From NCBI RefSeq assembly GCF_009914755.1, contig NC_060925.1: 64,000 nucleotides of DNA; one strand, given 5' to 3'. The translations under genes and the position numbers were made by a program. The notes beneath the pieces are model-generated. The model was not told the origin of the DNA, made no database searches, and saw only the letters and a list, made by a program, of their open reading frames with translations. The stretch's first letter is position 1, and every line of letters starts with the position of its first letter. Shown here one piece after another: positions 1 to 21,325 of this stretch. The stretch comes from the human T2T-CHM13v2.0 reference genome, Homo sapiens.

Positions 1-80
1 TGTCAGGTCAACAGTTCAGCGAGGGATTGGTATAGTCAGGTCAACAGTCAGACAGAGATGTCAGGTCAACAGTTCAGACA
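1..80 (+). repeat. Three imperfect copies of GTCAGGTCAACAGT(T)CAG
   Basis: Copies start at about 2, 35 and 60; the array may extend left of the window. Confidence 0.85.
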
Positions 81-469
81 GGGTTTATCTCTGTCGCCAG
101 TATGGAAGCCATCTGTGTATAGGTTAACTTGAGCAAAGAGGGGATGAGAAAGCTAAGGAGAGTCTGTCTGTCTATCTGTGTATTTATCTATTTAGAGATG
201 GTCTCACACTGTCTCCTGGGCTGGAGTGCAGTGGGGCAATCAAAGCTCACTGAAGCTTGGAACTCCTGGTCTCAAAGGAGCCTCTCAAGTACCCAGTACT
301 ACAGACGTGCACCACCTACCCAGCTAACTTTTTATATTTATTTTTTGTAAAAACAGGGTCTGACTTTGTTGCCCAGGATGGTCTTGAACTCCTGGCCTCA
401 AGTGGTCTTCTTGCCCTGGCCTCCCAAAATGCTGAGATTACAGGTGTGAGCCACTCAGCCCTGCCTGTT

Positions 470-850
470 AAGGAGTGTAGAGTGAGAAGAAGAAAGAGCC
501 TAAGATGGCATTTTTGAGGAACTCTACCCTTTACTGGCTGGGTAGAGGAGAATAAGCTTTATAAGCAAAAACACAGAAAAGCAGGAAGAAAACCAGGGCA
601 GCCAGCATTACATAAGCCAAGAAAAGAGGGAGTTTGTTGGTGCAAGTTGGGAAGGGGTAGGGCACCCATGGAAACAATGGTGTCAAATGCTGTAGAGAGG
701 TCAATTAAGATGTAGAGTGAAAATCAGCTGTTGTTAAAACAATTAAGAGACTGGTGGAGTTAGCAGAGGTAGAGAGCAGGCAGGAAGATGAGACAGAAAA
801 GGGGTATAGAAATAGAAGCATGTTTTCAATAAAATTCTTAGTTTGGAGGT
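470..850. mobile_element. L2 LINE fragment
   Basis: Purine-rich degenerate match to recalled L2 sequence (gtgtagagtgagaagaag..., gtgtcaaatgctgtagagaggtcaa). Confidence 0.55.
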
Positions 851-1422
851 ACTTTCGTAGTTCATTATATTTTTGTGCTTTATAATGAATATGTTTCAAA
901 TATTCTTGTATGTATGAAATAAATATTAAGGCACAAGGGTTGACACTAGAATGAAAGAAAGCCATTTGACAAGCAGATCTAATATGCATTATGCCTAGGA
1001 CTCTGATCTTGACTCCTAGTCCAGCATGCTTTACCCTCATACCACATTACAGTAACCACTACCTTATCTCCTGCTTCTTGTCCAGCAAGTTTTTCCATAT
1101 CCTTCTCTGTCCTGCATGGTTTAGTAACTTGCCTCTGTGGGGTTAGTTATGCAGACAGGGTGTGGGTTGGGCAGTATCACCAGGGTCAGGAGGCCAATGT
1201 CTCAACCCACCAACTCCTGAAGCTTGGTGTGCTCAGACTGGGCTAATCAGGGCCTGAGGCGTTACACTTTATATTATTCGAATTTAGACAAACCTGCATT
1301 TATAACAAAGTCAGTGCGTTAATTACAATTAGGTCCTATGCTTCTAATAGCTGGAATTTTCCTGATTTCTCACTATCACCATCCAACTCCTCATTTTTCT
1401 TTCTTCCAGGGTATGTATGTAG

Positions 1423-1423
<1 letters not shown>

Positions 1424-1474
<51 letters not shown>
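1424..1474. repeat. (GT)n microsatellite at an Alu tail
   Basis: About 25 perfect GT units. Confidence 0.97.
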
Positions 1475-4346
<2,872 letters not shown>

Positions 4347-4611
4347 TTTTCCATTAAGAATTCTGCCCACTGCAGAATTCTTACTGCATACCTACTGCCT
4401 AAAGTAGGTAGAAGAAACTCTTTGCAGATAAATTGTAAACTCAGAGAGACTGAGTCTCTGAAGTCACACTGCAAGTTGGTGGGACTGAAAATAATTTTTT
4501 ATTATTATTCTTTATATAGCACTTTATAGTTCCCAAAGTGCACTCAAATCTATTATTTCATTTGATTTGACCCTCATGATAACCTATAAGGTGGATAGGA
4601 CAAATGGGCCC

Positions 4612-5245
<634 letters not shown>

Positions 5246-6237
5246 CAAATGGGCCCATTTTAAAGATAAGAGAATGAGAAATTATATGGATTGTACAGAG
5301 TCTCACATAACTTGGAGAATTAAGACCATGCTGCCAAGACAAGATTGTCAGATTACCAGAGAAATCTGAACCAGAGCCCTTCTTATTGCTCAATTATAAG
5401 TGAATACTGTTTCCTCTGTGATGATGATACGGAAAAGAAAGCTCTCTCTGTGGTTTGCCTTAAAGGACTGAGAGAGATGAGCAACTTGGCTGGGTGCAGT
5501 GGCTCACACCTGTAATCCCAGCACTTTGGGAGGCCGAGGCAGGCAGATCACTTGAGCTCAGGAATTCAAGACCAGCCTGGCCAACATGGTAAAACCCCGT
5601 CTTTACTCAAAGTACAAAAATTAGCCGGGTGTGGTGGTGGCTGCCTGTAGTCCCAGCTACTTGGGAGGCTGAGGCAAGAGAATCACTTGAACCCGAGAGG
5701 TGGAGGTTGCGGGAGCCAAGATTGCGCCACTGCACTCCAGCCTGGGTGACAGCGCAAGACTCCATCTCCAAAAAAAAGATGAATAACTTGCCTAAAGACA
5801 CACAACTAGTAAGTGTAGAGTCTGGTTTTGAACACTCAGCCCAGATCTTTCTGCTTTCCTGACCATGCGTCCAGAAACATGTTCCCACCAAGAAATTTTT
5901 GTCTTCTGGACCCTTTCCAAGATGTAACTCTAACTACCTGGACATTCTGAATTCTGCTTCTGGGTAGTTGGTAGGACAGGTAAACAGCATTCTTGGAGCC
6001 AACAGACACCAGCCATGCAAATACCCTCTTTCTGTGGACAGGATAGTTTTACTTAAGATAAATGCTTCCACTCACCAGTTTTCTTCAATTCTATCTCCTT
6101 TCTGACCATCTCTGTGCTTGGGAAAGTAGCTCTTATCAAACACAGGAGAACTGATCATATTGCTGTTTATTTAAAATCCGGTGTAATGTGGAATTTTTGC
6201 AATGTTTCAGGGTCCATATGACTTAAATAAGATTTTA

Positions 6238-6758
<521 letters not shown>

Positions 6759-7264
6759 TAAAGTAAAAAGAAATAGTCTTTTCTTCCTTACTTCTTATCC
6801 AATCCACTGTTAATAGTATGATGTATCTTTTTAGACTTTGTTCTTTATGTATACTTATATGCACGTGTGAATGTTTGAATGTGTGTGTATGTTTTATACT
6901 ATATATTCTCTGAAACTTGCCTTTTACATTTAACATTAGATTTTGGACATCTTTCCAAATCAGTGCATTTAGATTTATCTTTATTTTTAGAATGCAGTTG
7001 CATAGTATTTCATCAAATACTGGGCCATAGGATGTATGTATGTATTTTAAAAAACAAGATGTTTTTAGCAAAAGACAACAGATATTTTTGTGGGTGCATC
7101 TGGTTTTAGGCCTGAGGCTAAATGACTTTCAGCAAATTATTCATCTTTGAGCCTCAGTTTCCTTATCTATAAAATGAGGATAGAAATACCTTATGTATCT
7201 GCTGAGCATGGTGGCTCATGCCTGTAATCCCAGCACTTTCAGAGGCCGAGGGGGGGGCGGATCA

Positions 7265-7519
<255 letters not shown>

Positions 7520-7526
7520 TTATGTA

Positions 7527-7604
7527 TCAGAACATGTCAAAAAAGGCAAAAAATAAAAAAGAGAAAAGAATTTTACATTGTATTCTCTAAAAAAAAAAAA
7601 AAAA
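7527..7604 (+). mobile_element. Short polyadenylated retro-insertion of unknown origin
   Basis: 62 nt of non-Alu sequence with AATAAA (7552-7557) plus an A-tail from 7589, bracketed by copies of aaataccttatgta, inside a MIR-like segment. Confidence 0.75.
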
Positions 7605-7747
7605 AGAAATACCTTATGTAGTTGTGAAGATTTAAATTCATTCATTAATTTAGCAAACATTTTTTGAGGGCCTTCTGTGTAGTATTGGCTAGTGTATTTG
7701 ATGGTATTGTATAAACTGAGAAGCCTATATATGGAAGTTCACCATGA

Positions 7748-8086
<339 letters not shown>

Positions 8087-8653
8087 TAATATTTGATGTC
8101 CATTCCTCATCTGTCGCTGGCTTTGCGAATCCAACTATAGTGAAAACTTCATTGTGCCGCTTTTCAAGGAATGGGACTTCTGTCTTGCATCCCTGAGCGT
8201 AAGCTCTTGCCTTGGTAACCTGCCAGGGACCCTAGCCCCTCTGGGTTGGAAGCTTGCCTTGCAGTTACTAGTCCCTCCCCTTCAGGATAAAGGGCCATAC
8301 CTATGCAAGCATGGTAAACAATATGCAAACACTCAAGTCTCTATCCCCTGTTAACTTGGTCCCTGGAGAGCACATAACTAGGGGAAGTCCTTGTTCTGGG
8401 AGAGACTCCATTTGGAAGCAGCTCACATGATAAAGCTCCAGAAATTTTAATGGACCACAATCTTAAAAGTGAGCTAACGCAGGGCGTGGTGGCTCACGCC
8501 TGTAATCCTAGCACTTTGGGAGGCTGAGGCAGGCAGATCACTTGAGGTCAGGAGTTTGAGACCAGTCCAGCCAACATGGTGAACCCCTGTCTCTACTAAA
8601 AATACAGAAATTAGCCTGGCATGGTGGCAGGTGCCTGTAGTCCCAGCTACTTA

Positions 8654-8803
<150 letters not shown>

Positions 8804-9940
8804 CTATTGGTTCTGTGGCCCACTGTGCTGCTCAGATCACGTTTGGGAAGTTTACTGATGGGCTGAATTTTAAGAGACTACAGAGTCAGTTACTCAGTGT
8901 ACAGAATTAGTTACATTGACAAACTTGAGGACTTACTGGAAGAGGCCAAACTGGAAAGCAAGGAATCTCATGTCTTACAAAAAATGAGGAAGGATAGTGG
9001 TCTGCAAAAGGGAAATAAGTGACAATGTATTCCCTTGGAAAAAAGTGTTGAGTTCCTTCTTTATGCTGGAAATATGGCAGTGAGTGAGTCAGAAATGATC
9101 CCTACTGTCTTGAAACTTATAGTTTGCTAGCAAAGACAAACTCTGAACAAGTCATTACAACTTTGGGAACTGATAACAGGCAGCTCTAATCTAGCCTTGA
9201 AATACTTGAAAGAATGTCACTTTGAAGAAGAAACAAACTTGTTCCAGAAAAAATACCTGGGACCTTAGTAGAAGTTGTAGGGAAGGTGACATTGGTTTAG
9301 CATAAAAAGCCAAACAGGCTATCGGACAACTAGTTATCCCCCATGAGGTACTGAATTCCTCACCACTAGAGATATCAGGCAGTGGCTGTCAAGAGTGTTC
9401 CAAAGGGGATTCTTCATCAGTGATTATTATTAAAGTACACCTGGCTCTTTGCTATACATATGTTATCTCATTTAATCTAAACAGTACCCTGAAAATTAGG
9501 TATTCCTATTATCCAGTTTTACATTTGAGGAATCTCAGGCCAGGTGAAATTACCCCTGCTCAAATAAATGGTAAATGGTTGGAGCCAAAATTCAAAGCCA
9601 GGCAGTCTGGCTCCAGAGCTCATGCTCTCAACCACTGTGCCCTGCTGCTGGTACTTAAAAATAACAATGGCAGCTACCATTTGTTCATTGGTGACCTTTA
9701 TCAGACAGTATGTCTTCCAGATGCCCTCTAAGGGCCAAGAGCCAATAACATAATCCAGATGTTATTTCATAGTCCTAAAATTGGCTCTTAGAAAAATCCT
9801 GGTGGAAATGTTGATCTAGTCTCGTTTTAGTTCTGCTTTACCACAGGCAGGTGATCTGGCTGCCTCAAGTGACGCCTCCCCCTACTAGTGAATGAATCAG
9901 GGCCAGCAGCAGCTGCAGCTACAGCTCAGGATGCCTGTAA

Positions 9941-10225
<285 letters not shown>

Positions 10226-10894
10226 TGACAACCACCTTACTATATACCAGGCACTTCCTAATAAGATGATGATAATGATGATAGTAGCTACCACCTACTG
10301 AGTATCTACTACTTGTCAGGCACTGCGAACATTTTACATGCTGCAACTCATTTAATGTTCCCAAGAACCCAATGAGGGAAGTCTTATTAGCCCCTCCCTT
10401 ATGTAAGTAAGCAAACAGAAATGATTTAGTTAAGGACACATAATCAGTAAGAGGTAGGAATAGGATTTGAGCTACAGGTCTTTTATCTTTTAAAGACTCA
10501 GGAGGAAAAGGCTTCTCAGAGAAACTGGCCATTATTCCTTTAAAGTATTACCCTAATAAAAGATCGTAGCAGTAGGGATTAAGAACTAAATAGCATTGTC
10601 TTTCCATTGTGTAAACCTATGTTGTGTCAAGACTTGAAGTTTGACTTTCAGTTTTCATCACCAAATCTTGAAACAGGTTTTATTAGCAGTCACCTGTATA
10701 TGATTAGGTCTCTTTATAATAATGGTAGTGGTAGCTAACATATGAGGATCTACGAGGGCACTTAGGTGATTTCATGTAAGTTTTCTTATTTAACCTAACA
10801 ACCCAGCAGTTTTGGTGTCCTCATTTTTCATATATGGAACCAGAGGGGCAGAGAGACTTAAGTAACTGTCCCAAGGAACCTGAATTTTATCTTT

Positions 10895-14313
<3,419 letters not shown>

Positions 14314-14329
14314 TATATTTGCAAACTTT

Positions 14330-14401
14330 TATTGAGTTCTTACCACATGTCAGGCATCCTTCCAGTATTGAGTTCTTACCACATGTCAGGCATCCTTTCA
14401 G
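14330..14401 (+). repeat. 36-bp tandem duplication
   Basis: tattgagttcttaccacatgtcaggcatcctt(c/t)cag twice, one mismatch. Confidence 0.95.
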
Positions 14402-17400
14402 TAAATTCTGTGAACTGCTTTAAGGCAGATACTATTATTATTGCCTCTGTTTTTAGAGCAAGGAATCCAAAGTTATAATAGAGATACTGATTATCTTGAA
14501 GCCTTCTCCAGCAGGAGCCCTTGGAGGTCCTGGCCAGGCTTTCTCTACCCCAGAAGCTTCAAAGCTGTTTCTAGAAATCATATCACCTTGGCAGATGCAC
14601 TAAGGGGAGAATCCAGACTAACAGCATCCTCACCAGTTTGTTCTCAGACCAGAGAGGTCTTTCCAGGCTTTTCTCATGTCTCCCTTTTACAGACCCTGTA
14701 TCATGGCCAAACTGGACTCTTCCCAGTTACCTGTTCCATGCCCTCCAGTTTCCTACCTGTATGTCTGTGCTCTTGCCCCATCACCCAAATTCCCATTTTA
14801 AAATCTGAGCTGCTCTGTCTCTAGGCCCTGCCCAATGTGTCCCTATTCTCTGCAGGAAGCCAGGGCAAGGGGCTAGGCTCTGGACCTAGAGTAGCTTACT
14901 GAGAGGAAGGCAGCGGGTGGATCGTAAGGGAAGCAGGGACTTGGCTACAAGTTGTGGGGAGCCAGACCTTGGTATCTGAATGGACCATGACAGTCTCCAG
15001 GTGGTCACCTAGCCAGTCTTAAAGGCTGGCAAAGGGAGATCTTGACTATGATGCAGTAGGACTTGTCAGCAAAGAGGCAGGGACAAATAGAGAATCAGGC
15101 CAGGGAGGGGGTGTGCGGCAGTGCAGAGCAGCTGATCCTCAATCACAAGTTGCATGGATGGTAGGTCCTTGAGAGGTCACTGATGGAGATGAGTAAAAAG
15201 TGTTCACCTCATCTCCAAGGATGATATTAGAGAGGGAAAAGACACATGTTCCCACGAAGCTTCCTGTAGTACATTTGTCACAATTTAAACGGGCTGGATT
15301 GAACATTATATTTCTTCTGCTCTTCAGGTTGTCACTATCTTCTCCTCAGGATAAAAGCTTGAGTTATGTATGTATGCATATATGTATGCATGTGGAAATG
15401 GGGTCTCGCCATGTTGCCCAGGCTGGTCTTGAGCAGCTGGGCTCAAGCGAGCCTCCCACCTTAGCCTAAAAGCTTGAGTTAATGTCTCAGACATTCATGA
15501 CTTTGAATATTGGCACTGCCTACATAGCTATATGACTGTACAGTTACTTAACCCCTCAGAGTATCATTTTCCTCACCTGTAAAATGAGAGAAGTAGCGTT
15601 TACAGTAATACCTACCTTGCAGGTTTGTGATAGGGATTCAGTAAGCTAACACATGTCAAGTGCTGAGTGCAGTGGCTGGAACAGAGTTCATTTTCCAAGA
15701 ATGGTGGCCAATATTGTTCCCCACATGTGTGTCTCTTGGCCTCTCCTCAGACTCCTCTCTGGAAAAGCACCCTGCACATCCTGTCCCCAGTACAACTCCC
15801 CAGGCAAGGAGACTCTGAGGGTGCTTCAGAACATCATGTTTCTGGTAGGAGGTGCCCTTCTCTGCCTGAGAGCAGCCCTCAGAAATGCATTCCTCATGCT
15901 GCTGACCTGGGCTGGCTGGTTGCAGCTTGGGGAAGGACTTTTCATTGGCTAATGTTTTGAAGCCAAGGACCTGCAGCCTCTCTCCAGGTGCCAACAGAGT
16001 GGTAGAGGACTTTTAGATTTAAGTACTGGAGGGACTATTACATCTTGTTCTCTGATTCTACCAAGGAGAGAATAAGAGCAGAGAGGGATAATGCCCAGGA
16101 GGAATTTAGATTCATAGGTTAGAACCACATTTCTCAAAGTGAGCTTCTTGGAGCCCTTGCACCAAGATTGGATAAGGTCTGTACAAAAAGTCTCTAAGGA
16201 AAGAATTAACGCCCTCACTTACCCTGATTGGTCATTATACAAGGATAGTAGACAAATGGTCAGGGAGAGAAAAGTTGACCTCTAGGACTTCTGTTAGCTT
16301 GGATTTCCCAAGGGTAAGTACTTGAGAAGAACTGGAAACACCTCTGAGATTGAAAGGGTAGATTCAGACCATGTGGAAGCTGGATAGACAGGTATCCAGA
16401 TACAGGCCACCAGCTTTTCCACCCCTAGAAAGTAGAGCTTATACACAGGCACGAGATACACTTCACATTGTCCTCTCAAGAAGTTATCTTAGTGGAGAAG
16501 CCAAGGGAACTTCAGCCATCTCAGCCTCGCTGTCATTTTCTGTAAAATGACGAGCAGACACCCTCCCAACTCTGCTATCTGAACAATGAACTGCTAATTC
16601 CTGGCAGACAGGGGCCAGGCTCTGCCTGGGCTACAGCCCCCATTGCTGGCATGCACTCTGATGCCATCTGGAAGAAGCTTGCGCCTCATGAAGTGGCTTT
16701 AGCTAGCTCCATATTTCCTCCCTCTGTTGCTGAGCGTCCCCCATCCTTTCTGTTCTGCCAGAAACTTAGACTACTTAGCCCAGTCCACAAGTGGCGGTGA
16801 TAGAACAGCTAACAGTTAATAGCCAAGCAGTAGGCTGAAAATTCATTATCTCATTTTTCCTCAAACAACCCAGTGAGGTGGGTACTCTTATCCCGGTTTT
16901 GCAGAGTAAGAGAGAGCCTTAGAGAGGTGAGGGAGGCCTTAGGAACTTCTCAAACCCCAGTGCTCCAGGTGGACTTACTCTGGCCTTAACAGGCTCTTCG
17001 GTTCCATGCATCTTTGCTCATTACTCCCACTGCCAGAATATTCTCCCTGCCCCCCACACACCTCACCTCTGTTTGAATCCTCCTCATTGGTTAAAGGGCC
17101 AGCTCAAATTCTGTCTGTCCATGAAGGTCACTGCTCCGTGATGTTCATCAGCCACACTTGCTTTCTCCTCTGAACTGCATGACCCTTACCACATCCTATT
17201 TTGCATCGTGGCACTCTGTGTGCATGGCTGTACAATCAGCCTGTAAGCACCTGGATTGCTGGGATCGTGTCCTGCGCATCTCCATATCCTCAAAAAAAAT
17301 CCTGTATGTAGCACCCAGGGAGCCTCCTGACCAAGGCCTGGAAGAAGCCCTTCCAGCAAGACGGAGAGCTCTACGGCAACTGTTCAAGCCCGAAGTCCTC

Positions 17401-18910
17401 ATAGCTCCACATGTAATTCATTGTAATAGCAGAAGAGAAGTATTCTTGAATGCCTGGGATTATTCAGGAGCCGGGGGGGACAGTCCAGAATTCTCATTTG
17501 TCATCCTTATTCATGCAGTAAACCTTTATTGCTGAGAGACAGCAAATCAGTTCCCTGCTCCATGTCTGTCTCCAGCAGAAAGTACCTCCCTCACAGCTCC
17601 ATTGTGAGGGTCAAGTGAGGCAACAGATGAAGTGGTTGTGCACATGTAAGATATTCTTTAAACCATGAAGACAGAGCAGTCAAGGTGCTTACAGGCTGAT
17701 TAGGACAAAAACATGTATACAAGTTTATCGTAATACAAGGTAGAATGTGGGAAGGGTCATCAGGGTATAGGATACCATAGGAAAATAGAGTTTCTCACAC
17801 ATGGAATAGGTTTGGCAGGAGGAGCTCTAGTGCAAAGGCTTTGCAGGTCAGTTAGACTGGCAGGAACAGAGAGGATCAGTGAGGCACAGGAAAGCCTTGG
17901 TTCTGCTCCAAAGGGATTTTCCGCTCTTCTGTATCAGGAGCATCCTCACTGCTCTCCTGGGATCACGTGGTCAGTCAGTTGAGTGTTTCACATGTACAGG
18001 GCACCCCAAGTGCTGGAGAGGAAGAAGCCCAGTCTCTGCCCTCTAGTACTTGGGATGATAACTGCTGCCAGGGAGTATGATCACCACCTGGTGTCAGAGC
18101 TGGTTGCAAGAGGCTTGAAGGCTCTCAAACTTCCAAGGGCTTATTTTCTAACAGAAAGAGTGGATTGTGAACACTAACACTTATTCTACTATGCAGAATG
18201 CAATAAGTGGCTTAAGAGAGTTGAACCTGCTTCTCAGAATGTTCATAGGGGGGTCATTTGCTGGAAGGATCAGGCTGGTCTTCATACAGGAGGCAAGTCT
18301 GGAGCTCTGAAAAATAGCCTAGGGAGTGGGGAGGATGGTACCCTCAGAGGAAAACCTGGGGAGATCAAAGGAAGTGACCCAAGGGACATGTCCCCGACAA
18401 GAATAGGACCTTTCTTGCAGCGGAGAATAGACAATAACAACTTGTAAAATTGCTGTTTCTGTCTAAGAGCCTGCTAATATCCTAGAGAGGATTTTGCATA
18501 TGTTATCTCTAATCCTTAAAACCACTCTTCAAGGTAGGCACAACCCCCACTTTACAGATGAAGAAATGAGGTTAGGACAGGATTTGCCCAAAGACACAAA
18601 GCCAGTTGATGGGGGAATCAGAAGTCAGACCCACATTTGTTTGGTTCCAAGAGCATGAGAAAAACTTTAAGAAGTACAGACGCTTCCACACAAAACAAAC
18701 CAAGATGGACCCAGAATTGCCACTGCCCTGCCTGTACAACATGAGCACCACCCACTGCATACCTACTCCCAAGCCTTTTCAAATCTGGTACCTACTTTCC
18801 ACTGTTCCACTTCACTTGGCCCACCCTGTGCCCCACCCCCTACCTCCTCCATCCCAGTTTCACCCACTCCTAAAAATGATCTCCCCACCCCAATCCCCAC
18901 TTTTCTCTAG

Positions 18911-19150
<240 letters not shown>

Positions 19151-21325
19151 ATGAGGCTGGCCACCTGCCACTTTGCCCTGCCCTCTGCCTCCAGGGCTCC
19201 ACTCCCCTTCCTTTTCTTGGTGAAAGGCACCTCCTTTCCTGATAATGAATGGTGTTCCCTTTGCTTGGCTGGGGAGCCCCCCAGGCCAGGTTTGCTGGCC
19301 ATAGATACCTTTGGGCTGCCTGGGACAGGCTCCTGAGGAGGATTGAGGGTGAAAGTCTCCCACGAGTACACTAAACCTAGGTCTGGTCACCAATAGGGTT
19401 TGGAGAGCAAAGGGCCACAACTCATCAGCTGCCTGTCTCTTAGATGCACTTTCTTTTTCCACCAGCACATCCTTCAACACACAGAATTTCAGGGAAGAGT
19501 TCTCCCCAAAACCCTAGCTCTTTACCCTTCCATTTTAGCCTTCCACCCAGCTTCCACAAAAGATTTGGCTCTACCTTGGATCTGCTAGTAAATAACTAAT
19601 AGGCAGGCAGTTATTTGGGTAAGGAAAAAAGGGGTGGGAGAGACAGAAAATTTGCCCATCTGCTGCTCCTCCCCCTTGGCTCTCCACCTGGGATTTGCTA
19701 TTGAATCTCTACCCTCTCCCACCACACAGTACTGATTGCTCACTGAAAGACTCAGCACCCCCAATGGTGCGCGGAAGCCAGGCGGGCGATTACAATCCAA
19801 TTACCTATTGTCGACTCAGCCCACACAAGCTTTTCTCCTCCTCTTGCAGGGCATGGGGCCAGGCTCCACTCCCAAATGAGACTGGCCCCCTCCATGGTTC
19901 AGGGTAACAGAAGGGCCTGTAGGCCCTGGTGAACTGAATCCAGCACAGGCCTCCCCTGTAACACAACAGGACTGAGCAGAACCAAACACTTCTTCCAACT
20001 GACTCTGCTCCCTGCCCTCACCATCTCAAACTCTGATTCCCACTCCACTCTTCGAGGTTTCTCTCAGCTTTTTGACCTGGCTCCCTAAGTAGGCCCTAGA
20101 TGATTTATTCTTGGCATGGCAAAGCTTGTTCTAGGTCCTCTGCTTGTGAGGGTCAAAGCTGTGTCCTTTCCCTTACCTCCCTCTGCCAGGACTTGCTGCA
20201 GAGCTGCTGAGAGGATTAGTGCCTTTGAAGAGCTGTCTGCCTGAGCAACTCTATTTCAGGTGCCCCACACCGGCAAGTACCAGCCAGCAACACCAACCAA
20301 ATGCTACTCTCTTTAAAGTCCATTTTCCTTCTTCTTTTTTTTTTTTTTTTTGGAGACAGCATCTCACCCTGTCCTGGCTGGTCTCGAACTCCTGACCTCA
20401 GGTGATCCGCCGGCCTCACCCTCCCAAAGTGCTGGGATTACAGGCATGAGCCACCATGCCAGACTTCCCATTTTACTTTCTGCAAGCTGTTTCCCTAGCA
20501 GCTCCCTCTAGGGGAGAGGTGAAATCTTGCAAGTTGTAGCAAGAGCACACAGGAAACCCCTAACTTTCCTATACCCCACCCGCCTCTTCCCCTTTCTGTC
20601 CCGGGATACCTGGCGGCAAGAGACTTCTTGGCTATTGTCCATGCTCCCAGAATCAAGCATAAATGCCAGACACGGCGATTGAGAAGCCAATCAGTGAACC
20701 CTTTGGCAAAGCCCCCATCCACACCTGGCACTCCCCTCTACCAATCCCTGGCACAGGGTTCCTGGAGAGCAGGTGCTGTACATTTTACAGCTTTACAATG
20801 GGGCTGTTGACAGCCATAATTAGGGAGGCATGAATTATGCGGCTATAATGCAGAGCCCTACAATTAAGGCGGGAATGAGGGGCTGGAGGCAGCAAACGGA
20901 ATCTGCCCTATGAGCGTGGCTGTTGAGTCCTGTCTCCTGGGTCTGACTTTCCGTAATATGATTGGGGTACAGTAGAGGTGATTAATGGGGCTGGCATCTC
21001 TCTTTGGCCTGAGGTTCTGTATTCTGGGAAAGGTACACAGGGTGGAGTAGGGAGAAGCTGCCCCAGGAGGCGATGTAGTGGTGGAAAGAAGAGGCAGAGA
21101 GGTCGTCGTCGTCGCCCAGCAGCAAGGGCTGCAAAATAGTAGAACTCGTGGTTGCTTTGGACAGGTGTGATTTGTGCAAGCTAGGTTCAACCCTTGCCTC
21201 AAGAAATCAGATGGGACCAATTTAGTGTCCTTCCACCTGTGAGCCAAGCCCCCATTTGAGGACATCTATCGTATTCTTGTGTGCTGGGTCTCAAATAGAA
21301 TTTTTAAAGATTCTTAGATGTAAAA
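19151..21325 (+). other. DHDDS: DHDDS 3' UTR (approximate 3' end)
   Basis: Follows the stop codon. No AATAAA/ATTAAA seen; variant hexamers AGTAAA (19587), CATAAA (20658) and AATAGA (21294). End inferred from AATAGA and the recalled ~2 kb UTR. Confidence 0.6.
20330..20462 (-). mobile_element. Antisense Alu monomer or deleted Alu in the DHDDS 3' UTR
   Basis: T-tail plus Alu left-arm sequence. Confidence 0.88.

Noticed and set aside
9820-9860. Cryptic acceptor ccacag|gcag 211 nt upstream of DHDDS exon 8
   Set aside because: Would shift the frame and meet stops; no evidence of use from sequence alone.
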